64,000 bases of DNA from Candidatus Omnitrophota bacterium (GCA_043814965.1 JBDRJN010000033.1:1379-65378), one strand, 5' to 3'. Positions 22,157 through 32,910 are shown, numbered from the stretch's first letter. Notes: a model not told the origin generated them from the letters alone. Program-made: numbers and translations.

Positions 22157-24156
22157 ACAATGCTTATCTTGCGATGGGGCTGCATTTTCACCAGCCTGTT
22201 GGAAACTTTGAAAAGATCATAGATAGGGCATACAATAATTGCTATAGGCCATTTCTGGAAGCAGTTTCAAGCTATCCTGATATCAAGATGTCCTTCCATA
22301 TATCAGGTAATCTCCTTGATTATTTTGAAGAAAACAAACCCGAATTCTTGGATAAGGTAAAGCTCCTTGTAGACAGAAAACAAGTAGAGATCATAGGCGG
22401 AGGATATTTTGAGCCTATATTCCAGGCTATACCAGGAGTGGACAGGATAGAGCAGTTAAACATGCTTAGAGATCATTCTTTGTCCCGTTTTGATACCAAG
22501 CCTAATGGCGCGTGGATACCTGAAAGGGTCTGGTCTCCTGAGATCGCTAAAGAACTCTTGGATGCTGATATAAGATATATTATCCTGGATGATACACATC
22601 TAGTAAAGTCAGGCATTAAAAAGAAGGATCTATTCGGTTATTTCAGGCACAAGGACAATGGAAGAAGCCTCGCGATATTCCCGTCCGATAAAAGACTTCG
22701 CTATCTTATACCTTTCCAGGAACCCAAAAAGACGATCGAATACATGAAACTCCACCTGGATCCTAAAGATGAGGTTATTTTTACCTATGGGGATGATGTT
22801 GAAAAATTCGGCGAATGGCCTTATACGCATGACCTGGTCTATGATAAAGGCTGGCTCAAGAACTTTTTTGAACTTTTGATCGGATCCAGTGATTGGCTCC
22901 GCACTGTTACGTTTTCAGAGTGCATGGATATAGTTCCTTCAAAAAAGACGATCAAGGTAAAAGAGGCATCATACGAAGAGATGGCAGAGTGGTCCGGGGG
23001 TTCGTGGATGAATTTTTTGGATAAGTATAGCGAATCAAACCAGATGCATAAAAGAATGCTTTATATGAGCGAAAAGATAAATAAGATAAAGACGGATCCT
23101 CTAGGGCCTTCTCAGCTGCTCCAAAAAGCCAAGACAGAACTTTATAAATCCCAGTGCAATTGCGGATATTGGCACGGGGTCTTTGGAGGGATATACCTTA
23201 ACCATCTAAGGACCGCTATATATGAACATCTTATAAAGTCTGACACTATATGCGATGAGATCATCTATAAAAATGATCCCAGAAAGATCGATATTAAAAA
23301 GGTAGATTTTTATAAAAATAAAAAGGACGTTGCTATACTAGAAGATAATGATTTTTTTATCGTAGTGGACCCTGAAAAGGGAGGCGTGGTAAGGGAATTG
23401 GATTACAAGAAGAGATCAGTAAATCTCATAAATACCATGTCAAGATACAAAGAACCTTATCATAAAAAGATATTAAAAAGGCTTGGTAAGAGTAAAAGCG
23501 ATCCCTCTAATGCAAAAATGATAGATAAGGACATAAAAGATATTGTCTATGATAGATATAAGAGAGTGAGCTTTCTGGATCATTTTATAAAAGAGGATGC
23601 TACTCTGGATGATATTATAAGCCTTGATTACAAAGATATATCGGATCTACCGAACAAGGCTTATAGGTGCGCTATTGAAAAAGATAGACTCGTCTTAACA
23701 AGAAATTCAAAGATAGGCAGAGGGTCTATAGAGCTTGTAAAGTCCATAACTATTGAATCCAGCTTGTCCATCAAAGTATCTTATACACTGAAGAACACAG
23801 GAAGATATCCTATAAAAAGCTTATTTGGTGTAGAGATGAATGTATGCCTGCCTTATGCGGATTCTAACTGGTATAGCTATAGAGCGGGAGATGACTATAT
23901 AGGCAGCTTGAATAAAAAAGGTATAGTTGAAAAAAATAATATTTTTTCAATAGATGATTCTACCAATGAATTGGGCCTGGAATTTAGGTTCCAAAAGTCC
24001 CCATCCAAGATGTATTACTTTCCTATAAAGACTGTTTCCCAGTCAGAGTCTTCTTATGACCTGAACTATCAGGGCTCATGCATATTCCCAGTCTGGGAAT
24101 TAGGCCTGAGATCAGGCGAGGCATTGGGCCTTGATATAAGTTGGGTAATAATCTAA
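22153..24156 (+). CDS. GH57 alpha-amylase / 4-alpha-glucanotransferase
   Basis: HFHQP, WIPERVW (nucleophile Glu), DDVEKFG (acid/base Asp), YWHGVFGG. Confidence 0.9.
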   Translation: MNNAYLAMGLHFHQPVGNFEKIIDRAYNNCYRPFLEAVSSYPDIKMSFHISGNLLDYFEENKPEFLDKVKLLVDRKQVEIIGGGYFEPIFQAIPGVDRIEQLNMLRDHSLSRFDTKPNGAWIPERVWSPEIAKELLDADIRYIILDDTHLVKSGIKKKDLFGYFRHKDNGRSLAIFPSDKRLRYLIPFQEPKKTIEYMKLHLDPKDEVIFTYGDDVEKFGEWPYTHDLVYDKGWLKNFFELLIGSSDWLRTVTFSECMDIVPSKKTIKVKEASYEEMAEWSGGSWMNFLDKYSESNQMHKRMLYMSEKINKIKTDPLGPSQLLQKAKTELYKSQCNCGYWHGVFGGIYLNHLRTAIYEHLIKSDTICDEIIYKNDPRKIDIKKVDFYKNKKDVAILEDNDFFIVVDPEKGGVVRELDYKKRSVNLINTMSRYKEPYHKKILKRLGKSKSDPSNAKMIDKDIKDIVYDRYKRVSFLDHFIKEDATLDDIISLDYKDISDLPNKAYRCAIEKDRLVLTRNSKIGRGSIELVKSITIESSLSIKVSYTLKNTGRYPIKSLFGVEMNVCLPYADSNWYSYRAGDDYIGSLNKKGIVEKNNIFSIDDSTNELGLEFRFQKSPSKMYYFPIKTVSQSESSYDLNYQGSCIFPVWELGLRSGEALGLDISWVII

Positions 24157-24227
24157 GTGTATATTTATAGAATTATACAAGTTAGTTGTTAGTTTGTATT
24201 GTACCTAGTTGGGTAGGTTTTTTAACC

Positions 24228-24447
24228 ATAGCAAGGTCCTTCCTAGTAAGCTCAGGTGAAATTTTTCCCTCATCTCGAAACTTCGGAACTCGGGGTCGTC
24301 TTTTAAGGGAGCATTTTATATAGGGCTAAAAAAACTCGGCAGATTCTCTATGTATGGCCTTAAACAGTTTTTAGCCTATATTTAAAAGCTAAAATACCCA
24401 GTAAAAGACTAAAATTTCAATTTGCTTACTAGGAAGGACCTTGCTAT
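24228..24447. mobile_element. MITE-like palindromic element with perfect 24-bp terminal inverted repeats
   Basis: ATAGCAAGGTCCTTCCTAGTAAGC (24228-24251) / GCTTACTAGGAAGGACCTTGCTAT (24424-24447). Internal parts recur at 2237-2340 and 56434-56450. Confidence 0.65.
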
Positions 24448-24643
24448 TGTTATGGCTAACTAGAGTTCTGTCTTCAGTTATGTAGGTTAACGCGAGGTGT
24501 TTGATGATAGGTGGCGCAATATGATGTGTCACCTAAATGTTCAAATATTATAATAAGAATATATTTTTTAGTTGATTTGAGGGGGGTAGTATGTTATATA
24601 ATAGTAGCCTATAGATCATATAAGATATATGGAGGTTAGATAT

Positions 24644-25828
24644 ATGAACAAGAAGACCATAAGAGATATTGATATAAAAGGCAAGCGCGTATTAATGAGG
24701 GTAGATTTTAATATACCTTTAGATAAAGACCTGGCTATAGATGATGATACCAGGATAATGGCAGCCCTGCCTACAATAAAATACGCTATAGATAATGGCG
24801 CTAGGCTTATACTGATGAGCCACTTAGGCAGGCCAAAAGGCAAGGTCGATGAATCCATGAGGCTTACGCCTGCAGCAGATAGGCTGTCAGAGCTTTTGGG
24901 TAAAAAAGTGATAAAGCTGGACGATTGCATAGGGGATAAGGTCAAAAATACCATAGCTGACCTAAAAGATGGGGATGTGGTATTACTTGAGAACCTAAGG
25001 TTTTACAAAGAAGAGACTGCTAATGATGTTAATTTTTCTAAGAAACTAGCGTCTCTTGGAGATGTATATGTGAACGACGCGTTTGGTACTGCTCATCGCG
25101 CTCATGCTTCTACCGAAGGGGTCACTAAATTCATAAAGACATGTGTAGCAGGATTTTTGCTTGCAAAAGAGATAGAGTATTTTGAAAAAGCCCTTTCTGA
25201 ACCTCCAAGACCTTTTGTCGCTATCTTAGGAGGAGCAAAAGTATCAGATAAGATAATGGTGATAGAGAATCTCCTGGATAAGGTCAATGCTATACTGATA
25301 GGCGGTGGTATGGCTTATACGTTTATAAAAGCAGAAGGAAAAGAGATCGGCAGCTCAAAACTTGAGAGCGACAAGATCGATACAGCAAAAGATCTCATGA
25401 GAAAGGCAAAAGAAAAAGGCGTAAAGATAGTTTTGCCTGTAGACCACTTGATAGCTGACAAGATAGACCCTCATAGCACCACAAGAGTTGTGGATGAAGC
25501 TATACCAGTGAACTGGATGGCTGTAGATATAGGCCCTAAGACAGTGGATGAATTTAAAAAAGAATTGAGACTAGCAAAGATGGTCATATGGAATGGCCCA
25601 TTGGGAATATTTGAGATAACTAAATTTGCCAGAGGCACAGAGGATATAGCAAGATTTGTAGCAGGCCTTAAGGCGACTACTATTATAGGCGGAGGAGATA
25701 CTGCCAGCGCTATTTCAAAATTTGGATTAGAAGGTTCGATGTCGCATATATCAACAGGAGGAGGCGCTTCTTTGGAATACATGGAAGGCAAGGTCCTGCC
25801 TGGGATAGCTGCGTTAAATGATAAATAA
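24644..25828 (+). CDS. pgk: Phosphoglycerate kinase
   Basis: RVDFNIP, SHLGRP, DAFGTAHR, STGGGASLE. A GGAGG RBS supports ATG 24644. Confidence 0.98.
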   Translation: MNKKTIRDIDIKGKRVLMRVDFNIPLDKDLAIDDDTRIMAALPTIKYAIDNGARLILMSHLGRPKGKVDESMRLTPAADRLSELLGKKVIKLDDCIGDKVKNTIADLKDGDVVLLENLRFYKEETANDVNFSKKLASLGDVYVNDAFGTAHRAHASTEGVTKFIKTCVAGFLLAKEIEYFEKALSEPPRPFVAILGGAKVSDKIMVIENLLDKVNAILIGGGMAYTFIKAEGKEIGSSKLESDKIDTAKDLMRKAKEKGVKIVLPVDHLIADKIDPHSTTRVVDEAIPVNWMAVDIGPKTVDEFKKELRLAKMVIWNGPLGIFEITKFARGTEDIARFVAGLKATTIIGGGDTASAISKFGLEGSMSHISTGGGASLEYMEGKVLPGIAALNDK

Positions 25829-25900
25829 CTAATGATAAAGGCATCAATTTAGGTAAGGGTAATGGTACGATGCCCGTTTCGTTTATCGGCCACGGTTACG

Positions 25901-25920
25901 CCTGCCTGCCGGCAGGCAGG
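25901..25920. repeat. Perfect 20-bp palindrome CCTGCCTGCCGGCAGGCAGG
   Basis: Read directly; a degenerate copy is at 41727-41746. Confidence 0.8.
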
Positions 25921-25993
25921 TTACCTTTACCGATACGGGCTTCTTTACCGTAGCCGTTACCGAGAAAATAATTTATAAATACAAGGAGGTATT

Positions 25994-26752
25994 TTGCGTA
26001 GACCGATCATTGCTGGAAACTGGAAGATGTTCAAGACAATAGATGATGCCTTATCAATAGCTGTAGGCCTAAAAAGGAAATTTTATACTTTTGGAGAAGC
26101 AGATATAGTCATCTGTCCTCCATTCACAGCTCTTAGTAAAGTAAATGATGAGATATTGGATTCTAGTATCATGTTAGGCGCGCAGGATATATATTGGGAA
26201 GAAGAGGGCGCATTTACAGGAGAGGTCTCCCCTAATATGCTTAAAGATGCCGGGTGTAAGTATATTATAGTGGGGCATTCTGAGAGAAGGGCGTATTTTG
26301 GAGAGACAGACGAGACTGTCAATAAAAAGGTAAAGATAGTACTGAAGCATGGCATGGTCCCTATAATGTGTATAGGAGAAAAACTCGAGGAAAGAGATAG
26401 CGATCTGACTTTTGATGTGATACAGCGTCAGCTTGCAAATGGGCTTAGCGGGTTAAAAAAAGATGAAGTTGTGCGTATGGTCATAGCATATGAACCTATA
26501 TGGGCTATAGGGACAGGAAGGACTGCTACACCTGGCCAAGCGCAGGAAGCGCATAGTTTTATAAGGGAAGAGATACAAAAACTTTATGACACAGATGTCT
26601 CTACTAAGATCAGGATACAATATGGCGGGAGCGTAAAGCCTGATAATATAGCAAAATTAATGACACAAGAAGATGTTGATGGCGCGCTTGTCGGAGGGGC
26701 GAGCCTAGATCTTAATTCTTTTACTGAGATAGTCCAGAATGCAGTTTTGTAG
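25994..26752 (+). CDS. tpiA: Triosephosphate isomerase
   Basis: AGNWKM, GHSERR, AYEPIWAIGTG, YGGSV; TTG start after AGGAGG. Confidence 0.98.
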   Translation: MRRPIIAGNWKMFKTIDDALSIAVGLKRKFYTFGEADIVICPPFTALSKVNDEILDSSIMLGAQDIYWEEEGAFTGEVSPNMLKDAGCKYIIVGHSERRAYFGETDETVNKKVKIVLKHGMVPIMCIGEKLEERDSDLTFDVIQRQLANGLSGLKKDEVVRMVIAYEPIWAIGTGRTATPGQAQEAHSFIREEIQKLYDTDVSTKIRIQYGGSVKPDNIAKLMTQEDVDGALVGGASLDLNSFTEIVQNAVL

Positions 26753-26770
26753 AAAGGTAAGGTAACGATC

Positions 26771-27220
26771 ATGTATGCATCACTAATCATAGTACACATA
26801 ATAGCCAGTATATTTCTGATAGCAGTGATACTTTTACAGGCAGGCAGGGGCGGAGGATTGTCTGAATCATTTGGTAGTTCACAGATGCAGAATATCTTTG
26901 GCACAAAGAGCGCGACTGTCATGGCCAAGGTCACTACGATATCCGCTGCGCTATTTATCATCACGTCATTGAGCCTGGCAATAATATCCAGCCATATGTC
27001 AAAGTCTGTTATAGATAAAAGCCTTATTCCTCAAGTCCCGATCGTAGATATCGAGAAAACCATGGATAAAGATATCGAAGAACCTGCTCAAGGAATGGAA
27101 GAGGCGCTAGATACAGCTCAAGAAGCAGTAGATATGACTTCTGGACCAGCAGCGCCTAGTTCTGAAGAGGCCGAAGCGCCTATCAGTGATCTACAAGGAG
27201 GAACTAGCGAGGAAAAATAA
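26771..27220 (+). CDS. secG: Preprotein translocase subunit SecG with acidic C-terminal tail
   Basis: ILLQ..RGGGLS..FG between two TM helices; follows tpiA. Confidence 0.92.
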   Translation: MYASLIIVHIIASIFLIAVILLQAGRGGGLSESFGSSQMQNIFGTKSATVMAKVTTISAALFIITSLSLAIISSHMSKSVIDKSLIPQVPIVDIEKTMDKDIEEPAQGMEEALDTAQEAVDMTSGPAAPSSEEAEAPISDLQGGTSEEK

Positions 27221-27221
27221 T

Positions 27222-28844
27222 ATGTATTATCATTTATCATGGCTTAAAAAAATAAAAACCGTCTTTTTAAAGGCGGTTTTTTTATTTACTCTTATTTTTC
27301 AATTCATTGTGTATGGTAATAGCATGGATCACGGTGATACTCTTATCTATGGATCAGGCGCTGACGCAAGGACTCTTGTACCTATCTTAGCCTCTGACAG
27401 CGCATCCGGCGCTATATGCGGCCTGGTCTTTAATGGCATTGTAAAATATGATAAAGACCTGAATCTGGTCGGGGACTTAGCTAAAGACTGGGAAATATCA
27501 GAAGATGGCATGGAGATAACTTTTCATTTAAGAGATGATGTTTTTTGGCATGATGGTATGCAGTTTACATCAAAAGATGTTGAGTTTACATATAAGAGTC
27601 TTATAGACCCAAAAGTAAGGACTCCTTATGGCGGAGATTTTGAGAGGGTCGAGAGTTTCGAAGTCATAGATGACTACACGTTCAAGGTAAGGTATAAAGA
27701 GATCTTTTCCCCAGGACTTTCTAGCTGGGGTATGAATATCATGCCAAAACACATTCTAGAAAAAGAGGACCTTAATAATACGAGATTTTCAAGGTCTCCT
27801 GTAGGCACTGGGCCTTATAAGTTCGTAAGATGGAAGACAGCGGAATATATAGAGTTAGACTCCAATAAAGAATATTTTGAAGGATGCCCCTATATTGATA
27901 AATATATATATAGAATTATCCCTGACCAGGCTACGCTGTTCCTGGAATTAAGAGGAGGAGAAGTTGATTTCACATCTTTAACCCCGCTTCAGTTCAAAAG
28001 ACAGACTGCCAGTTTATTTTTTAACAAGAATTTTAGAAAATTCAGGTACCCGAGTTTTGGGTATACTTATATGGGCTATAATCTAGATGACAAAAGATTT
28101 AAAGATATAAGGGTCAGGCAAGCGATCAACTATGCCGTGGATAAAGAAGAGATCATTAAAGGTGTGCTTTTAGGGCTCGGCAGTATCTCTACAGGCCCAT
28201 TCATACCTAAGTCCTGGGCGTATAATAAAGATGTAAAACCTTGTAGGTATGATCCGGAAAAGGCGAGGGCTCTTCTTAAGGATGCTGGCTGGATAGACCT
28301 GGATGGCGACGGGATCTTAGAAAAAGACGGCTTGAAATTTTCCTTTACACTTATCACTAATCAGGAAAATGGCCAGCGTAAACTCACGGCAGAGATATTG
28401 CAGCGCCGGCTTAAAGAAGCAGGCATAGAAGTAAAAATAAAGATAATAGAGTGGAGCGCTTTTGTAAGCGAGTATATAAATAAAAAAAGGTTCGATGCTG
28501 TGCTTCTGGGCTGGGGATTATCACCTGATCCTGATATGTATGATATATGGCATTCTTCAAAGACGAGGGAGGGTGAATTTAATTTCATAGGTTATTCCAA
28601 TCAAGAGGTGGATGATCTTCTTGTAAAGGGGCGCAGGACATTTGACCAGGAAGAAAGAAAAAGGATATACAATAGAATACATGAGATACTTTATGAAGAA
28701 GAGCCTTATTTATTTTTATATGTAGCGGATTCTTTGCCTATAGTCGATTCCCGATTTAAAGGCATAGAAGAAAGCATCTCTGGTATAGGCCATAATTTTA
28801 TAAAGTGGTATGTGCCTAGAAATGAACAAAAATACATTAGATAA
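27222..28844 (+). CDS. Peptide ABC transporter substrate-binding protein (family 5)
   Basis: F.LR.DV.WHDG, GTGPYK, VRQAINYA. Start is uncertain (27186 or 27222). Confidence 0.9.
   Translation: MYYHLSWLKKIKTVFLKAVFLFTLIFQFIVYGNSMDHGDTLIYGSGADARTLVPILASDSASGAICGLVFNGIVKYDKDLNLVGDLAKDWEISEDGMEITFHLRDDVFWHDGMQFTSKDVEFTYKSLIDPKVRTPYGGDFERVESFEVIDDYTFKVRYKEIFSPGLSSWGMNIMPKHILEKEDLNNTRFSRSPVGTGPYKFVRWKTAEYIELDSNKEYFEGCPYIDKYIYRIIPDQATLFLELRGGEVDFTSLTPLQFKRQTASLFFNKNFRKFRYPSFGYTYMGYNLDDKRFKDIRVRQAINYAVDKEEIIKGVLLGLGSISTGPFIPKSWAYNKDVKPCRYDPEKARALLKDAGWIDLDGDGILEKDGLKFSFTLITNQENGQRKLTAEILQRRLKEAGIEVKIKIIEWSAFVSEYINKKRFDAVLLGWGLSPDPDMYDIWHSSKTREGEFNFIGYSNQEVDDLLVKGRRTFDQEERKRIYNRIHEILYEEEPYLFLYVADSLPIVDSRFKGIEESISGIGHNFIKWYVPRNEQKYIR
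27254..27287 (+). terminator. Terminator-like hairpin after secG, overlapping the 5' end of the next CDS
   Basis: AAAAACCGTCTTT..AAAGGCGGTTTTTTTATTT. Confidence 0.55.
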
Positions 28845-28890
28845 TGCAGTATATAGTATGTAGTATTTAGTATGTAATGGAAAAAAATCC

Positions 28891-29862
28891 ATGGTTAAAT
28901 ATATTATAAAAAGAATAATACATCTTATACCTCTTTTAATAGGGATAACTATTATTACATTTTTCGTAATACACCTTGCCCCGGGCAGGCCTACTGACCT
29001 TGAGGGGCAGTTCAATCCAAAGGTGTCGCTTGAAGCAAGGGAAAGGCTTGAGCATCTCTATGGGCTGGATAAGCCTATCCCTATACAGTACATTGATTGG
29101 TTGAAGAGGCTTATAAAGTTTGACTTTGGCGTGAGTTTTATTGACTCCAGGCCTGTAGTGGATAAGATATTTGAACGCATTCCAGTCACGCTTACTATAA
29201 ATTTCTTTTCAATGTTCTTTATACTGCTTATAGGCATACCTATAGGTGTAAGTTCTGCCTTGAAAGAAGGAAGCGCGTATGATAGGTTGATGACATTGTT
29301 CGTCTTTATAGGATTTTCCGTGCCTACGTTTTGGCTTAGCCTTATACTCATGGATATTATAGGTGTAAGGTGGGGGGTACTTCCTATATCAGGAATAAAA
29401 TCATTCGAATTCGACAAGTTTAATTATATTGAAAAGGTGATTGATATGGCAAGGCATATGATACTGCCTGTATTTGTCTCAGCTTTTGGAGGCTTAGCAG
29501 GCATATCCCGTTATATGAGAAGCAATATGGTAAGCGTATTAAAGGAAGACTATATACGTACTGCCAGGGCAAAAGGCTTAAGTGAAAAAGATGTATTGTA
29601 TAAGCATGCTTTAAAAAATGCATTACTTCCGATAGTGACTATATTGGGGCTTTCTATACCGGGCCTGATCGGAGGAAGCGTCATATTTGAATCTATATTT
29701 GGTATCCCGGGGATGGGGAGGCTTTTTTATGAATCAGTGATGTCAAGGGATTACCCTGTCATCATGGGTGTGCTTTTTATAGGCGCAAACCTGACCCTCA
29801 TAGGAAATCTCCTGGCTGATATAATGTACGCATTTGTGGACCCGCGTATAAAGCTGGAATAA
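28891..29862 (+). CDS. Peptide ABC transporter permease (OppB/DppB family)
   Basis: GLDKP...[12 protein letters not shown] (EAA loop), RDYP, DPRI. Confidence 0.93.
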   Translation: MVKYIIKRIIHLIPLLIGITIITFFVIHLAPGRPTDLEGQFNPKVSLEARERLEHLYGLDKPIPIQYIDWLKRLIKFDFGVSFIDSRPVVDKIFERIPVTLTINFFSMFFILLIGIPIGVSSALKEGSAYDRLMTLFVFIGFSVPTFWLSLILMDIIGVRWGVLPISGIKSFEFDKFNYIEKVIDMARHMILPVFVSAFGGLAGISRYMRSNMVSVLKEDYIRTARAKGLSEKDVLYKHALKNALLPIVTILGLSIPGLIGGSVIFESIFGIPGMGRLFYESVMSRDYPVIMGVLFIGANLTLIGNLLADIMYAFVDPRIKLE

Positions 29863-29989
29863 GAGTAGGTTGTAAGCAGTATATGCAGTTTGATCTTTGT
29901 AATGCATTAGATAGTGGATAACGCTGATCAGTTTAACTGTGTAGTTGTCAAGCCTAAAGAAAAGCGTTGCTGGTTCGAGCGGGCACGGT

Positions 29990-30159
29990 GTCTTTCTGCT
30001 GGTGAGGGGCCTTCAAAAAGACGCTTCGCCAGCATTAGTGATTTGTAAAGTTGGGCTTCGCTCCGTTTTGTTTTGACAGGCTAACTTTATAGTAGTGCAG
30101 TATCTATTGGTTACGCAAAACAAAAAGGCTTTTTTCATGCCCCTCACCAGCAGAAAGAC
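29990..30159. repeat. Structured repeat, copy A (127-nt conserved core in a perfect 21-bp stem); ncRNA or MITE-like
   Basis: Core 30011-30137 is 113/127 identical, ungapped, to 54269-54395. Arms are 29990-30010 and 30139-30159. Confidence 0.8.
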
Positions 30160-30273
30160 GAACGAGAAACGGCACTGAGCGAAGAAGAGCCACGCTGGGG
30201 CAATCAAGCGTCTTTTTGTAGGCTTGACAGATACAGTTGCAGTATTATTTTTACCAGAGATAAACATTAGAAT

Positions 30274-31065
30274 ATGAATAAGCTAATATTTTTTGGAATA
30301 GTCATAGTGGGTTTTTTCGTAATGGTGGCTATCTTTGCGCCATTTTTAACCCCCTGTGATCCTGGAGAGATAGATATTGATAATATATTGGTAGGCCCTT
30401 CAAGAGCGCATATCTTTGGTACAGATAGCCTGGGAAGGGACTTATTTGCGAGGATGCTTTATGGTTCAAGGATATCTCTTTTAGTGGGGTTGATAGCAGT
30501 CGGCATAGCTAGCTTTATAGGTATAATACTTGGTTCATTGGCCGGATATTATGGCGGGTGGGTAGATAGATCTATTATGAGGCTTGTAGATATCATGCTT
30601 TGTTTCCCGACATTTTTCCTGATACTTTCTGTGATAGCATTGATGGAGCCGAGTATTATTAATATCATGGTAGTAATAGGTGTTACTAGCTGGATGGGGG
30701 TTTCAAGGCTGATAAGGGCCGAGATATTGAGCTTAAAAGAGAGGAATTTTATATACGCTGAAAAAGCAATAGGCGCAAGTGACTTCAGGATAATAACCAG
30801 GCACCTTATCCCCAATGCAATAGCGCCGGTCCTGGTAAGTATTACTCTGGGTGTGGCAGCAGCGATACTTGTAGAGTCGAGCTTAAGTTTTCTTGGTATA
30901 GGCGTGCAGCCCCCTACTCCTAGCTGGGGAAATATACTTAGCGAAGGAAAATCAGTCATGGGAGCTGCGTGGTGGATGATGCTTTTTCCTGGAATGGCTA
31001 TATTTATAACAGTACTTGGATATAATCTATTGGGAGAGGGCCTGAGAGAAAGATTTTTAAAATAA
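30274..31065 (+). CDS. Peptide ABC transporter permease (OppC/DppC family)
   Basis: HIFGTDSLGRD, LSFLGIGVQPPTPSWG, NLLGEGLR. Confidence 0.93.
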   Translation: MNKLIFFGIVIVGFFVMVAIFAPFLTPCDPGEIDIDNILVGPSRAHIFGTDSLGRDLFARMLYGSRISLLVGLIAVGIASFIGIILGSLAGYYGGWVDRSIMRLVDIMLCFPTFFLILSVIALMEPSIINIMVVIGVTSWMGVSRLIRAEILSLKERNFIYAEKAIGASDFRIITRHLIPNAIAPVLVSITLGVAAAILVESSLSFLGIGVQPPTPSWGNILSEGKSVMGAAWWMMLFPGMAIFITVLGYNLLGEGLRERFLK

Positions 31066-31068
31066 TCT

Positions 31069-32019
31069 ATGCTTCTTAAAATAAGAGATCTAAAAATAGA
31101 ATATTCTAGCGATAAAGATATAGAAGTCATAAGAGGCCTTGACTTGGATATTAAAAAGGGAGAGTGTGTCGGCTTGGTAGGAGAGTCAGGCTGTGGTAAG
31201 ACTACTGTGGGCCTTTCAATAACTAGATTGATACCGGAGAGGGCTGGAAAGATCAGGTCTGGTTCTATATTATTTGAAGGCAGGGATATATTAGGATTGA
31301 ATAAAGATGAATTAAGGTCTATCAGAGGAAAAAAGATCTCATATGTCTTTCAAGAGCCATTCAGCTCATTAAACCCAGTTTTTACGATATATGACCAGCT
31401 TAAAGAAGCAGTGCCTTTACATCTTGATACAAAGGGATACATAGATTCTCTCTTGGAAAGCGTGGGGTTATCTGAGCTGTGTGGTAAAAAAAATATATAC
31501 CCTCATGAACTTTCCGGAGGCATGCAGCAAAGAATTGCGATAGCCATGGCTATCGCCTCAAAGCCTGACTTATTGGTCCTGGATGAGCCTACAACAGCCC
31601 TGGATGTCACTGTACAAAAAAAGATCATCCTTCTTATAAAGCAGCTGAAGGAAAAGATGGACCTGTCAGTATTGTTTATATCTCATGACCTGGGCATCAT
31701 ATTCAATCTAGCTGATACGATAAATGTGATGTACGGAGGCATGATAATAGAAAAAGGGTCAAGAGAAGATATTTTGCAAAGGCCAAACCACCCTTATACG
31801 AAAGCGCTTTTAAATTCAATACCAGGCCTAGGCCATAGAAAAAAAAGATTTGATGCGATAGTTGGCAAGGGGCCTTTATTTTCAGATCTGCCTAAAGGGT
31901 GTAAGTTCTATCCCAGGTGTAAATCAAGGATAGATAGTTGTAGGCTCAGTGAACCTGGTCTAATAGAGGTATCTATAGGGCATTTTTCTAGATGTATACG
32001 GTGGAAGGAAGATATATAG
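31069..32019 (+). CDS. Peptide ABC transporter ATP-binding protein (OppD-like)
   Basis: GESGCGKT, LSGGMQQR, DEPTTALD, HPYT, C-terminal Cys cluster. Confidence 0.93.
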   Translation: MLLKIRDLKIEYSSDKDIEVIRGLDLDIKKGECVGLVGESGCGKTTVGLSITRLIPERAGKIRSGSILFEGRDILGLNKDELRSIRGKKISYVFQEPFSSLNPVFTIYDQLKEAVPLHLDTKGYIDSLLESVGLSELCGKKNIYPHELSGGMQQRIAIAMAIASKPDLLVLDEPTTALDVTVQKKIILLIKQLKEKMDLSVLFISHDLGIIFNLADTINVMYGGMIIEKGSREDILQRPNHPYTKALLNSIPGLGHRKKRFDAIVGKGPLFSDLPKGCKFYPRCKSRIDSCRLSEPGLIEVSIGHFSRCIRWKEDI

Positions 32020-32789
32020 TGGAGCTTTTAAGAATAGAAAACCTCACAAAATCTTTTCCTAAGAAAAAGGGCCTTGTACTAAAAGATATTGATCTTTCTA
32101 TAATAGAAGGCGAGATCTTTGGATTGGTGGGAGAGTCAGGATGCGGCAAATCTACATTGGCTAGAGCTATCTTAAGGCTAATAGATATTGATAGAGGAAA
32201 GATATTCTATAATAAAGAAGATCTAGTGCCTTTATCAAATAAGAAGATGAAGGTTTTAAGAAAAGACCTGCAGGTGATATTTCAGGACCCGTATTCATCA
32301 TTGAATCCACGCATGAGGGTAGGGGATATATTAAAAGAAGTCTTTATGATCCACTCCAGCTATCTTAATAAAGAGCTAAGGTTTAAGGCCGTAGAACTGT
32401 TAGAATCGGTCGGCTTAGGAGAAAGTCATATCAATAGGCTTCCCAGGGAATTATCTGGTGGAGAAAAGCAGAGAGTAGTCATAGCCAGGACACTAGCAAC
32501 TGACCCTAGATTTATAGTATGCGATGAACCTGTATCAAGCCTTGATATATCTATCCAGGCTCAGATCCTTAATCTTTTGATGGACCTACAAAAGAAAAAA
32601 AACCTTACATATTTATTTATAAGCCATGATATAAATGTAATAGCTTCTATATGTGACAGAGTGGGTGTGATGTGTAAGGGAGAGATTGTTGAGATAGGAG
32701 CAGTAGAAGAGGTATTCAAAAACCCTAACCATATATATACCAAAGAGTTATTGGATTCCTCAAGCTTTACAGCCTTGCGGAGTATATAA
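32019..32789 (+). CDS. Peptide ABC transporter ATP-binding protein (OppF-like)
   Basis: GESGCGKS, LSGGEKQR, DEPVSSLD. GTG 32019 is preferred as the start. Confidence 0.92.
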   Translation: MELLRIENLTKSFPKKKGLVLKDIDLSIIEGEIFGLVGESGCGKSTLARAILRLIDIDRGKIFYNKEDLVPLSNKKMKVLRKDLQVIFQDPYSSLNPRMRVGDILKEVFMIHSSYLNKELRFKAVELLESVGLGESHINRLPRELSGGEKQRVVIARTLATDPRFIVCDEPVSSLDISIQAQILNLLMDLQKKKNLTYLFISHDINVIASICDRVGVMCKGEIVEIGAVEEVFKNPNHIYTKELLDSSSFTALRSI

Positions 32790-32792
32790 TAT

Positions 32793-32818
32793 GTAGGGGA
32801 GCCTTAAGGCTCCCCTAC
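32793..32818. repeat. GTAG-type REP-like palindrome, copy 2
   Basis: GTAGGGGAGCCTTAAGGCTCCCCTAC. Confidence 0.85.
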
Positions 32819-32882
32819 ATTGTGGATAACTTCTAACCTGGTTAGCACCCAAGTAGAACGTCTACCTATATACAGTCTTGCC

Positions 32883-32910
32883 TTGACAAACCCCCTAAAA
32901 TCAGTAAACT
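32883..32910 (+). promoter_or_regulatory. Sigma70-type promoter for the signalling operon
   Basis: TTGACA-16 nt-TAAACT, upstream of an AAAGGAG RBS. Confidence 0.55.
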
